From Mobula hypostoma (lineage: Eukaryota), in contig NC_086108.1 in assembly GCF_963921235.1 (NCBI RefSeq), positions 37,698,001 through 37,762,000 on the forward strand: DNA of 64,000 bases, in the 5' to 3' direction. Under the pieces are notes generated by a model. It was given only the letters and a program-made list of their open reading frames with translations, did not search any database and was not told the DNA's origin. Shown piece after piece: positions 12,724 to 25,400 of the stretch. Each line of letters begins with the position of its first letter. Within the stretch, counting starts at the first letter, position 1. A program made the translations under genes and the position numbers.

Positions 12724-12813
12724 GGCTGATGAAGGGCCTCAGCCTGAAATGTCGACTGTTTACTCTTTTCCATAGATGCTGCCTGGCCTGCTGAGTTCCT
12801 CCAGCATTTTGTG
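12724..12813 (+). mobile_element. PLE pLTR fragment starting at the hammerhead core
   Basis: CTGATGA-agggcctcagcct-GAAAT-GTC-gactg at 12726-12758, followed by catagatgctgcctggcctgctgagttcctccagcattttgtg. Confidence 0.85.
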
Positions 12814-13164
12814 CCTGCTTCTTGGAAATGGAAGTGGACTGGTCACACCTTGAGAAAGCCAACCACAACATCATCAAGCAGAAGTAAAATGGAATCCCCA
12901 CGGAAAGAGGAAGTCCAAAGAACACATGAAAAAGAAACATTGAGGCAGAAATTAGATGATGGAGACACTCCTGGTCCTTCCCCCAAGACACTGGCTCAGA
13001 ACAGAGGATGATGGAGACTGGAGGTCATCGCTGGCCTATGCTCTACTGGGAGCTAAAGGCCCCAGTATACAATGAAAGGAGAGACGCCCTTGGTGCCAGT
13101 AGGCCCAGCAGATATGGCAGAGCTACCAATGGAAGAGACTGAAAGTGGTAAGGAAGAGACACAA

Positions 13165-13300
13165 GGACCTGCAGATGCTGGAATCTGATATGACAAAAAC
13201 AATCTTTTGTTCAGATGCAAGGTTTTGACCTTAAATGTTGACAATTCCTTTTCTCCTAGAGGTGCTGCTTGGCCTGCTGAGTTCCCTAGCAGATTGTTTT
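13165..13300. mobile_element. Degenerate PLE tail pair (inverted tail plus forward pLTR fragment)
   Basis: ctgcagatgctggaatctg, then cagatgcaagg..aaatgttgac..aggtgctgcttggcctgctgagttcc. Confidence 0.65.
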
Positions 13301-14489
13301 GGTCAGTAATTATTCTCATTCGATAGGGCAATGTCAGAACAAGTTAAGACATGACAAAGTGAGCTCTGGACTGGCACAAAGACTGGTCTCTTACACTGTG
13401 ACACTTATCCAGCCATATTAACTAGCTCAAAGTGTAAAGCACATCAATATATTTACAACATTCTTCAATGAGTGAGAGCTTGCTGACGATTCTCGATTCA
13501 GGGGAAACTCGAAATAAAGGCAGTGCTACAGAATGTAACATTGAAATAGTGACTTTTTGTCTCCCCTCTCACTGTGGAAAGAGTGATACATTTCTCTCCC
13601 TTGCTCATGAGAGAGTGAGCCAGAGGGATGTTGAACTGTTGGGATGAACAGTAGTTTTTCACAGACTGTCGACCATGGTCTATCTTTGGGACGTTGCTGT
13701 TGCTTTGTATGGTGAGTGGTAAGAATGCTGATGCTTTCTGCTACAATGTGGGGTGGGGGGGGGTTAGGATTGATGCTGCTTAGCACTGCTTGTGGGTGGA
13801 GGGGGCAGTGAGCTTTGGGATGCTTAAGTTTTTTTCTGTCTTTCATTCTTTGGGGTTTCCTTCTGTTTTGAGGATGTCTGCAGAGAGTAAGAATTTCAGG
13901 TTGTATATTGTATACATTCTCTGATACTAAATGGAACCATTCATCCAAGGCATTGATCTTCACTACAGTCTTCCCTGATACAGCTAGGTACTTGATCTTT
14001 TTGAAAGTGAAGTGCTTGAACCTCTGGAGGAATATGGCAGATCAACAGGTAGCAACTTGTTGCCCTCACTAAGCAGCACAATGCCACTCCTGGGAAGACC
14101 GTTCATTCAGTAGTGAGATGTCACCCACCACACCAGTATATAATGAAATTCAATTTCGTTCCCATCACCACACAGAAATCATGTCTCTAGAGATAGCTAA
14201 AACAATCAAAAGCTCACTGATTTTTTTTTCTTCATTTATGCCAAACCAGTCGGAAGAGCTCATCTGCGCAATGGTACCAGCATGTGTGCCAACCCTTTTC
14301 AGACTTGAGGGAATCGCCATCCACCTTGTTGGCAAAAGTGCCTCATAGCCACAAACCAGTTCTTAAGGACAGGGAACACAGAGTCTGCCACACGTGAACA
14401 ATTGATTTGAACAACAGCAGACAGCTTCACTTCCATCCTGCCGTTGCATCACAAGAAACGGTTTTTATTATCAGGTGACCTGAAATTTG

Positions 14490-14845
14490 TTGTCTTGCAA
14501 CACTAAAGCTTCTGTGCCTCCTTCCTGATGGTAGAAATGAGAAGAGAGCAATTCCTGGATGTTGAGGGTGCTTAACGATGTTTGCCACGTTCATGAGGTG
14601 CTGCCCCTTGAAAGCTGTTCTCAGTGGTAGGGACATTTATATCTGTGATGGAGCTGGCTGAGCACAACTTCTTGTGATCCTGTGCATTGGAACCTCCATA
14701 CCAGGCAGTGATGCAACCATTCAGAGCGCTCTCCATTGAAATCTGCAGGATTTGGTGACATACCAAGTCTCCTGAAACTCCTAAGGTATAGACACTGCTG
14801 AGGCTTCTTTACGACTGCTTCAATATGTTGGGCCCAGGACAGAGA
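14490..14845 (-). mobile_element. Rex1/Babar-like LINE fragment
   Basis: ORF 14572..14766 (MESALNGCITAWYGGSNAQDHKKL). Confidence 0.7.
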
Positions 14846-14859
14846 GATGCCACCCCTAG

Positions 14860-15490
14860 GAAGAGCACTCAGTTAGCAGTGGGTCACCATTTGTCAGCAG
14901 ACCATTGGCCTCAGTGGGCACACAGGTGCAGCATTCTTTCTACAAGAGCAAAGGGATGTTGCAGGAACAAAACGACATTGCACCAGAGAGGACCATAGAG
15001 CAACAGCAACAGAGTTATGGCAGGTGAGAACTTGTCTCTCTTCTGCAGGTGCAGAAACTGTATGTGGCAACCTCCAACTCACACACCTTGGCTTAGTTTG
15101 TAGCCAACTGACTCCATGAGGAACCGAAGTAACTGGGACCATTCAACTGTGATCTAGGATTTGTCAGCTAGTCCTTTTTTGGTTGTAGAGGTTGAAACAA
15201 CCATGGAGCAACCTGAGCGGAGGTAGATCACTTCTGCGTTGGTCACCCAGGATACTTGGTGAATGCCCCTGCACAATGATGATACCAGCTCATTTCCCAT
15301 CGCAACATCTTAGGCACATTCATGCAAGTTCCACAGACAGCTGTCTCAAAAAGCTTCTTTAATTTGTGGTGGTGGCAGTCTGCAGCACATAGGACAAGAA
15401 CCTTCTGTGATTCATGGGTTGTGTGGTAAAGGAAGGGGATTTTGTAATGTGGTGCTAGGGCTCTAAAGCTCACATAAATATTTGGTCAAA
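14860..15490 (-). mobile_element. Highly decayed L1/Tx1-like ORF2 C-terminal fragment
   Basis: Remnant of the C-terminal zinc-knuckle region (AAPVCP...VTH...TEC); resembles 41770-42340. Confidence 0.4.
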
Positions 15491-16770
15491 CTGGGAAGGG
15501 ACTGGGCTGTCTAACATTTCAGACAAATACTATAATTCTTATTATAATAAATAAATAGATGTTATTTTGTTTTTATTACAAAGGAATTGATAGTAAACAA
15601 TTTGCTTCCTATTTCAGGAAAATAACGTGCTTCATTATATACAGACCACACTCAGGGGGCAGCTACTGGAATAACTACCATGCTTCAATTAGAACATTTT
15701 CTATTATACATGCTATGGGATTATGCTCCAGCAAAATTTTGATTGTGACGAGATATCCTCTGACCCTTAAAAGTAAAAGCTTTTCTGCGAAGTTCAATAA
15801 TTAGATGATTGCCATGCTATTTTTGCAATGATTAGAATGAACTCCACTGAGAAGTTAAGACCATGTCATGATTCTTATCCCCTATTGTTGTCACAGCCAC
15901 TAAAGAAAGGCAGAGAAATAGATAGATTGCTTGATGATTAAACTGGTCTGTTACAAGATGAGTGGAATTCCAGGCTTCAAGCAATGATATCAGTTGTGCT
16001 CTGATGTGTATCTTGAAATAGTACAGAGGTTTAAAATGAAAATCATCTGGAGTATGATGAGGGATTTTTCAGTGTGGAATAATTGTGGACTTACAGTATA
16101 TCGGCTAGAAATGTTACTTTGTTGATAATTTCCTTGCCTACCACATGCTAATCTGACCGACACATCATTATGTGCTTAATTCTCAGTGGCTATGGCTACC
16201 ATGCTGACTCGACATCATTGACTGGACAGCATTGCAAAGGTTCAAGATTACAATCAAATATTTGGATCTGCAGAATGGAGCAAATTCAAGCAACAGTACC
16301 TGACAAAGGTCACAGTTTCCTAAGGAAATCAGAATTCTATTAGGCATTTCAAGTTATAGGATCAGAAAATCATTCATTGAAGTGTTATTTTCATCACAGA
16401 TGAGCCTGTACAACAGGATAAGAGAGGAAATGATGTATCATCTGGTTCTCCAAGCTATTAACTGCTCTACTGTTTTGACAAGTGTGGAGAAAGTCACCTA
16501 GTTTACACTGTATCCATGATTTTAGCTCTTTATGAACAATGTGTCTCAGGTCGTGACTTCATTATACCCTATGCAGTCAATGCATACTAATTTACTCAGG
16601 TGGGCGATAAACCCCAACAAGGACATTTGCTGGCAGCCAGTTTCTTCCTCCTGCTTTCCTCCAGCCTCAGCATTTATGGATCTCAGACTCTAGAGCTCTA
16701 TGCTCATCTTCCTTCATTGCTAAGCAGATGTGGAGGCAATGAAGACTTTATTTCTGCTTCAACATATAGG

Positions 16771-16947
16771 AGCTGAAGGAACACAGTATGTAAGGCAGAG
16801 CCTGTGGAGGGAAAGGAATAGTTGATATTTTGGGTTGAGACAAGTTCAGTCCAAAATGTCAACTGCTCGTTTCCTTCCATAGGTGCTGCTTGACTTGCTG
16901 AGTTCCTCTAGCTCCTTTGTGTGTTGGTCCAGACTTGCAGCATCTGC
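16771..16947. mobile_element. Older PLE fold-back mini-insertion
   Basis: agttgatattttgggttgagac | ttcagtccaaaatgtcaactg inverted around ~16840, then the PLE tail ending cagcatctgc. Confidence 0.7.
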
Positions 16948-17329
16948 TTGGTGCATTGTGCAAAGTCTCCATCCAGTAATGCAGCAACAAAATCCCATCT
17001 TCCACTAGGCTCCTTGTCCTTTGGAGGCTCTTATATCTGGTGTCAAATGTTATAGTCGAGGAATGCATTGATCTACACACTGTGGATATAGAGGTTCGCC
17101 CTTCTCCCTCAAGATCCATCCCTCACTCAGTGCCAACTCCCGAGACCCTCAAGATGAATTTGCTATATTCAGAGAACATAGCATTCATGAGCAGGAAATT
17201 CTTGTATATTCTCATCTTTAAAAACAAGGTTGGAAGCAGCCAACCAGCCCATCGAATTTATGGCAGCTAATATAGCATGTTCATCATTTACATTCCCCCT
17301 ATAATTTTCTCTATAACTCATTATCTTTA

Positions 17330-17575
17330 TATTCCCATCCATTCCCACCAGATTTGCCACTCTGTCAAACACAAGGGACAACTTATATTGACTAATTAAG
17401 CTAGTAATCAGAGCATCTTTGGGATGTGAGAAGAAAGCCGAGAACGCAGAAGTAACCAATACAGTCAAACTGAGTTTGTGCCAACTCCACTCAGACAACA
17501 CTTGAGGTCAGGATTGAACCTGGATTGCTGGAGATGTGTGAAAGCAACATTAAATGCAGTACTACTGTGCCGTCC
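17330..17575 (-). mobile_element. tRNA-derived SINE (HE1/V-SINE-like)
   Basis: Minus strand starts ggacggcacagtag, has a B-box-like ggttcaatcc and a central domain complementary to gcatctttgggatgtgagaagaaagccg. Confidence 0.7.
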
Positions 17576-18023
17576 TGCTTCCTGTGATCCATAATCACTG
17601 AGGGAAAGAAAACCTTCCTTAGCATGGCCATGTTATTAAGAAGAACACTCGTGGGCATACCAATGGTTGACTGAACTCATTGGAAAATGACAAAGCTGGC
17701 AGATGGTATTGATCTTGATCTTGAGATGCCATTGATTATATATTTTTTTGTGTCTGAGTGGCTTTGCTGATACAGTGGTAAGCCAAAAATGGGGAGACAT
17801 AGGAGAGACTTGCTGTGGTTGATGGGAAAGGCCATAGATAGAGCAACTTTAATACCAGTCATGAAGAGATGCAGCATGGGAAAAAGCCCTTTGGCCCACC
17901 AAGTCCGAGCAACTATTAAGGACCAGCTTACATTTTAATTAATAAGTAATAAATTAGAAATTAAAATTACAATGTGACCATGCTTTCCTGGGCGAGAGCT
18001 GTTCAGTCATGAGAACAAGACTA

Positions 18024-18577
18024 AAGTTTTTTCCACAGAATGTCACATTTCTCAGTGATAACAACCTTGGAAAACTCAAGTATCAAGTCATTCATTCATT
18101 CATTTCATTCATCAGGGAAATCAAGGTAAAATGTGAAGTCTTTGAAAGCTCTGTGGAAGAAGACTCTTCACTAATGGGTATTTCATTTGTTTCCCGCTCC
18201 AAAGTCTCCAATCAATTTGAGTCATCTACCATACCCAAAACAATAGCTAACGAAGTGTTTTCTTTGGTGACAGCAGCTGAATGCTGAAAAACATGCACAC
18301 TGTTAGTTTAAGCACCCACTGTGGATTTTAAAAAAAAATTTATGTGATCTGCAGTCAGTTCTTAAGGTGTCTAAATCAGGTCCCCCTGATGCTGGCAGAG
18401 TGACACTTTAAATACCACAAAAACAAGGGATTTTGCAAGGAAAGATTTTCCGATTAAGTGAGACTGCTCAACTATATAGACAACACATCTTACCTAGACC
18501 TTCCTGATGAATGATGTATTCACATGCATAATTATCCTTTTATTACAGAAAAATGTGACATTCTGTGGAAAGAAGTT
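18024..18577. repeat. Degenerate long inverted repeat of unknown origin
   Basis: 18024-18061 vs 18540-18577 match 33/38, including a perfect 21-mer; 18105-18140 vs 18479-18514 match 29/36. Confidence 0.85.
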
Positions 18578-19853
18578 GGACCTCAAATTCGTGACAGTAA
18601 AGGTAGAAGAGGACTTCATGTCAATAGTGAGATCACTTTCAGTGCAACTGACACTGGGAAAACATCAGACATGGTCTCCAACCATAAATGGTTGCTCCGC
18701 ACTGATAGCATTTTAAACCACTTTATAATGATTCATTTTTACTAAATCAAGTTTCACTGCCCTCACTGTTTCAAAAGCAACAATTTTTCCAGATTTTATT
18801 TTATATCATTTTAATTCCAAAACCAAAAAGGTATCAGAGATTTTGAAGTAAGTTCTAGAGAGGCTAATGGATCTCTAATTTACAATTCACCAGGAAGAAA
18901 TTAATTTGAATTTTGAAAACATCTTGTCTAAAGAATTTTTAAAAATCGTAATCTTTTTTGTCACCAAAACTGATCCAAATATTGCACTTCTTAAATTTTT
19001 TAAAATCCTGGATAATCCATAATTATGTTCTCACTTTGTAAATGAATTTTACTTCCTGTCTTGAAATTAAGAAATCACCTCACTTGAGAACAATAAGAAA
19101 AAAACAAGTACACTTTTTCTTTCCTGAGCGCATAATAGAATAATTGCTTGTGGATGATTACCTTGGATAATATAAATATTTCCTTAAAATTTGCCTCTTT
19201 GGATTGTTATGATTTTTATGCAGTCTGATACATTCAATAGGACTCAGTAAAGCATTCATGAAAAAAAACAATTTGCTGGCATTTCCAAAAAGGTGTTATC
19301 TCTTTGTTGCCAAAACCTTCATAACACATTAACACCTCCTGATAATTATAAGATATTTATAATTGAATGAAATTTATATTATGATATTATTAGACTCATA
19401 ATATTTTGTAACTTAATACATCTCTTTTTTTCTAACCAATCTGTAAATGTTTTGCTTCCATGCAAGGAAGCAAATATTTGACCCTATGTATATAAAAGAA
19501 GGCTAAATTACTGTAAAGCCAATTTTGGATGAATTAGACAATTTGCCAGCAGGAGTGTTGTTGCAGTTATCCTACAGAACCACTGATACTTTCAAATGCC
19601 AAAGATGCACTTTATCATTTGAGATGTTATTTGAAGTTCAGAACTCAAACAAAAGATCTTAAGGCCTATCCAATATAAATAGATATGAGTACCCTCATGT
19701 AAGAAAGGTTATACAGTAGCTATCTTCTATTCAAAGACCAGATCTGTTCCTTGTTTATCTCCTACAGCGAGTTTTAGCTCCCAACACCCACTATTTGCGT
19801 GGGGGAGGTGGAGGTTGGCCCTATCTACTGAGCTACCTCCAGCTAATGAAGTA

Positions 19854-21139
19854 CAGGTGGCCCTCATTTTCTGCAAGTTCACTTTACGACACCTTGCTCT
19901 TACGAAAGACTTACATTAGTTACCTGTTTTCATTAACAGAAGGTGTTTTCACTGTTACGAAAAAAGGCAGCGCACGCCCGAACAGCCAAGCTCCTTCCCC
20001 GGAACTGCATTCTATCCGCCACTGCTCAAACACATGCTTTTTCTCGATTTATTTTGTGCATCTGTTAGCAAGATGAGTTCTAAGGTATCAGAAAAGCCTA
20101 AAAGAGCTCATAAGGGTGTTACACAGCGTAAAACTAGACATAATTAAGCATTTCAATCGTGGTGAATGAAGTAAGGACATTGTCTGCACGTTGAACTTGC
20201 CTGCGTCCACCATTCGCACTATTTATACGCAAAGAGAAATAATTTCGAAAGCTGCCAATGTTACTGTTGGTTCTGCTCGTAGCAATGTGGTCTGTCTTAG
20301 TCGGCATCCAATAATGGATAAAATGGAAAGTCCATTGCTTGAGTGGATTGATGGGTGTACAAAGCGTGGTGTTCCGTTAAGTTTTCTTATACTTAGGGAG
20401 AAATCAGTCAGTCTTTTTAATAAGCTGAAACAGAAAGCACTGGACGATGGTGATGAAAGTGTTGCAAAAGTGGAATTTAAAGGTAGTCATGGGTGGTTTG
20501 ATCTGTTTCTGAAGTGAGGGCAGCTTCATAGTTTAACGTTTACTGGAGAGAGTGCTTCGGCTGATACTGAGGCTGCCGAAAAGTTCCCAGCAGAACTGAA
20601 GAAAATAATTACAGAAGGTGTTTATTCATATAAGCAAGTGTTAAACTGTGATGAAACTGCAATTTATTGGAGTCTTCCCGATTCCGGTAAGTGAAACTAC
20701 ACTGTACATACATTATTTCTACTTTATATAGGCTGTGTATTTTTATGTGTTATTTGGTATGATTTGGCAGCTTCATAGCTTAAAGGTTACTGGACAGAGT
20801 GTTTCTGCCGAGAGCACTTGCGCCGTAATTCTGCCAACAGCGCTTCCGTCAAGAGTGCTGCCGTGAGATTTTCGCTGCGCTAGACAGTGCTGCAGAAAAG
20901 TATTTCTACTTTATATAGGCTGTGTATTTATCATATCATTCCTGCTTTTACTATATGTTACTGTTATTTTAGGGTTTATGTGTTATTTGGCATGATTTTG
21001 TAGGTTATTTTTTGGGTCTGGGAACACTCAAAATTTTTTCCCATATTAATAAATGGTAATTGCTTATTCACTTTATGACATTCTGGCTTACGAACCGTTT
21101 CATAGGAACACTCTACCTTCGGATAGCGGGGGAAACCTG
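19854..21139 (+). mobile_element. Tigger/pogo-family DNA transposon, internally deleted
   Basis: TA|CAGGT...ACCTG|TA ends. Broken ORF ~20072-20670 with CENP-B-type HTH domains (NLPASTIRTI, FKGSHGWF, FTGESASAD), ending just after the first catalytic Asp (VLNCDETAIYW). Confidence 0.9.
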
Positions 21140-22024
21140 TAGTTTAAATGCATTTCATTTATTTTTTGTGATACATGTTTATATTTAGATAAAATTCTTA
21201 AAATACATTTAAAACTCACAGGCAATTTCTATCTCATAAAAGGTTTCCATATTACCAACAATTTCTAAAACACAAAAGATTTCTAAAACATAAAATTACA
21301 TATCAACAAGTAGCAGATAAACAAGCTGTCCGTCAGAGAAATCGAAAGCAGAGGAATGGATTCTAATCACCCTGTCTCTCTGTCATTCTTCTTGTCATTT
21401 CTTCACCATTCCTGAAAAACCTGGTTGCTCCCTAACATTTATACCCTCTTTTCCCACTATTTGGTGACTTCACACAAATGGTCAAAAAGAGTTTCTAGGG
21501 ACAGAGATGCCAGACACCCATAATTAATGCTGTGAAAACTGACTCACTGAGTACACAAATTCCCCAACTATTGATAGATCAGCTATTGACCTATGTGATA
21601 GTATCAGTTTGGACTGCAAGCTTCCTTGAACTATATAGGTTAGCCAAATTTGTCTGGTTTGATGCAGGCAAATTAATGTAGCTTCATAGTCTTGAGCAGC
21701 CAGCCCTATGCAGTGGACAAGCAGCCTGTGCTCTATAGACAGTGCAGATTGTTGCAAAGCTGTTTTTTTTTTAAACTTCAGATTGTTTATTGCTTGTAAT
21801 TTAAATTAAATATTAAAGACTGGCTCCCATTTACAACAAGAAGCTGAACAAAGAATATTGGTTGGACGTTTAACTTACTCAAAAACAACTCTTTGATCCC
21901 TGGAAGTATCAAGTGCTGTGTTAGAAAGCTGAGCTTAGCAAAGATGGCACCACCCTCAGCTCCAGACAATGAATATCCATCACACATTGCCCAGAGTTTA
22001 ACATTAAACTGGATGCAGCATTCA

Positions 22025-22470
22025 GCCAGGCCTGATGCAGGTTCTTGAGCTGAAACATCAACGATTCCTCCATAGATGCTACTTGACCAAATAAGATCCC
22101 GAAGTAGTTTTTTTTCTTCTTCTTGAGGAATACACACACAAAATATTGGAGGAACTCAGCATCAATGGAAATAAATACACTGTTGATGTTTTGGGACAAT
22201 ACCCTTCATCAGGACTGGAAAGGAGGGAGGAAAGAAGCCACAATAAAAAAAGTGGGAGAGGGGATGCTGAACAAGCTAGAAGGTGATAGGTGAAGCCAGA
22301 TGGGCAGGCGAAGGGGGTGAAATAAGAAGCTGGGAGGAGATATGTAGAAAGGGTAAAGTGCTGATGAAGGAATCTGATAGGAAAGGAAAGTCAAACATGA
22401 GAGAAATGGAAGCAGGAGGAGAGGCACAGGGGGTGTGATAGGCAGGTGAGGAGAACATAAGGGGTAAGCA
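22025..22470. mobile_element. PLE pLTR fragments (short plus copy ~22025-22090, minus copy ~22130-22470)
   Basis: The minus copy reads cagtc-CTGATGA-agggtattgtccc-aaaacatc and matches 50-420. Confidence 0.75.
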
Positions 22471-22479
22471 TTTTGAAAA

Positions 22480-25400
22480 GGGAGGGAGAGCAGCCTGATG
22501 TCTTGGTACACATTAGTACTAACGACGTAGGAAGGAGAAGCAATGAGGTCCTGAGAGAGAAAACAGAGAGCTTGGTACAAAGCTGAGATGCCGGATCACC
22601 AGGGTAGCAATTTCTGGAATGCTACCTGTGCTATGTGCCAGTGAGGGCACGGGCAGGATAGTTTGGCAGATAAATGCGTGGCTGAGAATCTGGTGCAGGG
22701 GACAGGGCTGCAGGTTCTTGGATCACTGGGATTTCTTCTGGGGGAGGTATGACCTGTACAAAAGAGACTTGTTCAATCTGAACTGGAGGGGACCAATATT
22801 CTAACAGGCAGGTTTGTAGAGCTGTTGGAGAGGGTTTAAACTAATGTAGCAGGGAGATGCAAACTGGAGTGAAGGTACTTGGAATAGGATGGATGGTAAA
22901 AAAAACAAAGAAAGCGTATAATCAGACTGTCAGGAAGGGTAGGCAGATAACAGGTCAAAATTTTAGCCAACAGGGTGAATAGTTGTGCACTAGCGATGCA
23001 GAAATACTATACTCAAATCATTATATCTCAATGCATGGAGCATAAGAAATAAGGTGGATGATCTTGTTGCACTTTTACAGGTTGTCGGGTATGATGCTGT
23101 GGCCATCACTGAAGGATGTTTGTAATTGGGAGCTGAATGTCCAAGGTTACACATTGGAGCAATAGAGGTGGTGGCATGGCTCTGCTGGTAAAGAATGGCA
23201 TCAAATTATTAGTAAGATGTTATATAGGATCAGAAGATGTTGAATCCTTGTGGTTTGAGTTAAGAAACTGCAAGGGTGAAAAGGACCCTGATGGCAGTTA
23301 TATACAGGCCTCCCAACAGTAGCTGGAATGTGGACTACAGATTAAAATGGAAATAGAACAGGTGCGTCAAAAGGGCAATGTTATGATGGTCATGGGAGAT
23401 TTTAACATGCAGGTAGATTGGGAAAATCAGATTGGTAATGGATCTCAAGATAGCGAGTTTGTTGAATGCCTACAAGGTGGCTTTTTACAGCAGTTTGTCA
23501 TTGAGCCTACTAGGGTATCACCTATACTGGACTGGGTGTTACTATACTGGACTGGGTGTTATGTAATGAACCAGAGGCAATTAGGGAGCTTAAGGTAAAT
23601 GAACCCATAGAAGGCATTGAAACCAATATCACAAAGTTCAACTTGAAATTTGATAGGGAGAAAGTAAAGTCTGACATATCAGTACTTCAGTGGAGTAAAG
23701 GAAATTATAGTGGTATGAGAGAGGAGTTGGCCAAAGTAAATTGGAAGGAGATGCAAGCAGAGATGACAGCAGCATTGGCAAAAAAAAATGAGAAAGGTGC
23801 AGGATAGATGCATACTAAAAATGAAGAAATACTCAAATAGCAAAATAGTACAACTGTGGCTGACAAAGGAAGTCAAAGCTAATGTAAAAGCAAAAGAGAG
23901 GGCATATGACAAAGCAAAACTTGGCAGGCAGATAGAGAATTGGGAAGCATTTGAAAACTACAAAGAGCAAATAAAAGGATCATTAGGAGGGAAAAAGTGA
24001 AATATGAAAGCAAGCTAGCAACACTATCAAGGTGGATAGAAAAAGCTTTTTCACGTATGTACAAAAAAATAAAAGAGAAATGAGATTGGATATTGGACTA
24101 GTAGAAAATTAGGCCAGAGAAATAATAATGAGGGACAAGGAGATGGCAGATGAACTAAATGAGTATTTTGCATCAGTCTTCACATGGAAGACACTAGCAG
24201 TGTGCCAGGTGTTGAAGGGTGTGAGGGAAGAGAAGTGAGCACGGTTACTATTACAAGGGAGAAGGTGCTCAAAAAGCTGAAAGACCTAGGGGTATATATC
24301 ACCCAAACCAAATGAACTGCACCCTAGGGTTCTGAAAGAGGTGGCAGTAGAGATTGTGGAGGCATTAGAAAATTATCTTTCAAGAATCATCAGATGACTG
24401 GAAAATTGCAAATGTTACTTCCCTCTTTAAGAAAGGAGGAATATAGCAGGAAGGAAATTATAGACCACTTAGCCCAGCGGTCCCCAACCACCAGGCCGCA
24501 GACCGGTACCGGGCCGCAGAGTATGCGCTACTGGGCCGCGAGGAAGCGATATGATTTGGCGATAGGAGCCAGCTGCACCTTTCCTCATTCCCTGTCACGC
24601 CCACTATTGAGCTTGAACGCATACGAGGTCATGACCCGCGCGTCATCCATGTCAGCGCGGGAAGGAGATCAACTCCTCGAGCTTGCAAATGACAGCGGGC
24701 TGAGAAGTATGTTTGACATAACATCTCTGCCGGCATTCTGGATCAAAGTCAAGGCTGAATATCCTGAGATAGCTACGAATGCACTGAAAACGTTGCTTCC
24801 ATTTCCAACGTATCTCTGCAATGAATGCAACGAAAAATAAATTGCGGAATAGACTGGACATAAGGAATCCCGTTCGAGTATCACTGTCTCCCGTCACCCC
24901 TTGATAGGACTGTTTTGTTGCAGAAAAATAAGCCCAGGCCTCCCACTGATTCAGCGATATTGGTGTGTTGCAATGATTTTGTATGTTCATATCTGGAAAA
25001 TATGTGCTGCGTGTTTAATATCCAAAAGATACTTAAAATGTTGTGATGCTATTGACTTATATAACTATATAACAATTACAGCACAGAAACAGGCCATCTC
25101 TGCCCTTCCATTCCATGCCAAACGCTACTCACACCTAGTCCCACCGACCTGAACGCAGCCCATAACCCTCCATTCCTTTTCTGTCCGTATACCTATCCAA
25201 TTTTTCTTTAAATGATAATATCGAACCTGCCTCTACCACTTCTACTGGAAGTTCGTTCAACATTTACTTCAAGCTCCCCTGTTCTCCCCTGATAATTGAC
25301 TTATCACTATATTCATGCGAGGAAAATATGCGCTGTGTGTTTAATATTAAATTCGTTAGATAAACCCTTTTAGAAACGAAATTGAGTCATCTATATTGCG

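Larger units (their letters stand above)
10570..13058 (+). mobile_element. Decayed RTE-clade LINE broken by two CR1 insertions and a PLE tail
   Basis: KEWIT (~10624), KPSKKDIIQATKRQKSGKAAGTDSVP (~11349), NFIDYEKA (~12671), WKWTGHTLRK..WNP (~12828), 3' end ggcctatgctctactgggag. Confidence 0.7.

Noticed and set aside
21708..21728. MQWTSSL resembling KCNT MQWARRL
   Set aside because: Wrong strand and no flanking similarity.
23523..23561. Short tandem duplication TATACTGGACTGGGTGTTA (similar case at ~59430-59483)
   Set aside because: Ordinary slippage-type duplications within dead CR1 copies.
24394..24840. 148-aa CR1/hAT fusion ORF or domesticated ZBED-like gene
   Set aside because: Chance read-through across the insertion junction; only a dimerisation-domain remnant inside a TIR/TSD-bounded element.
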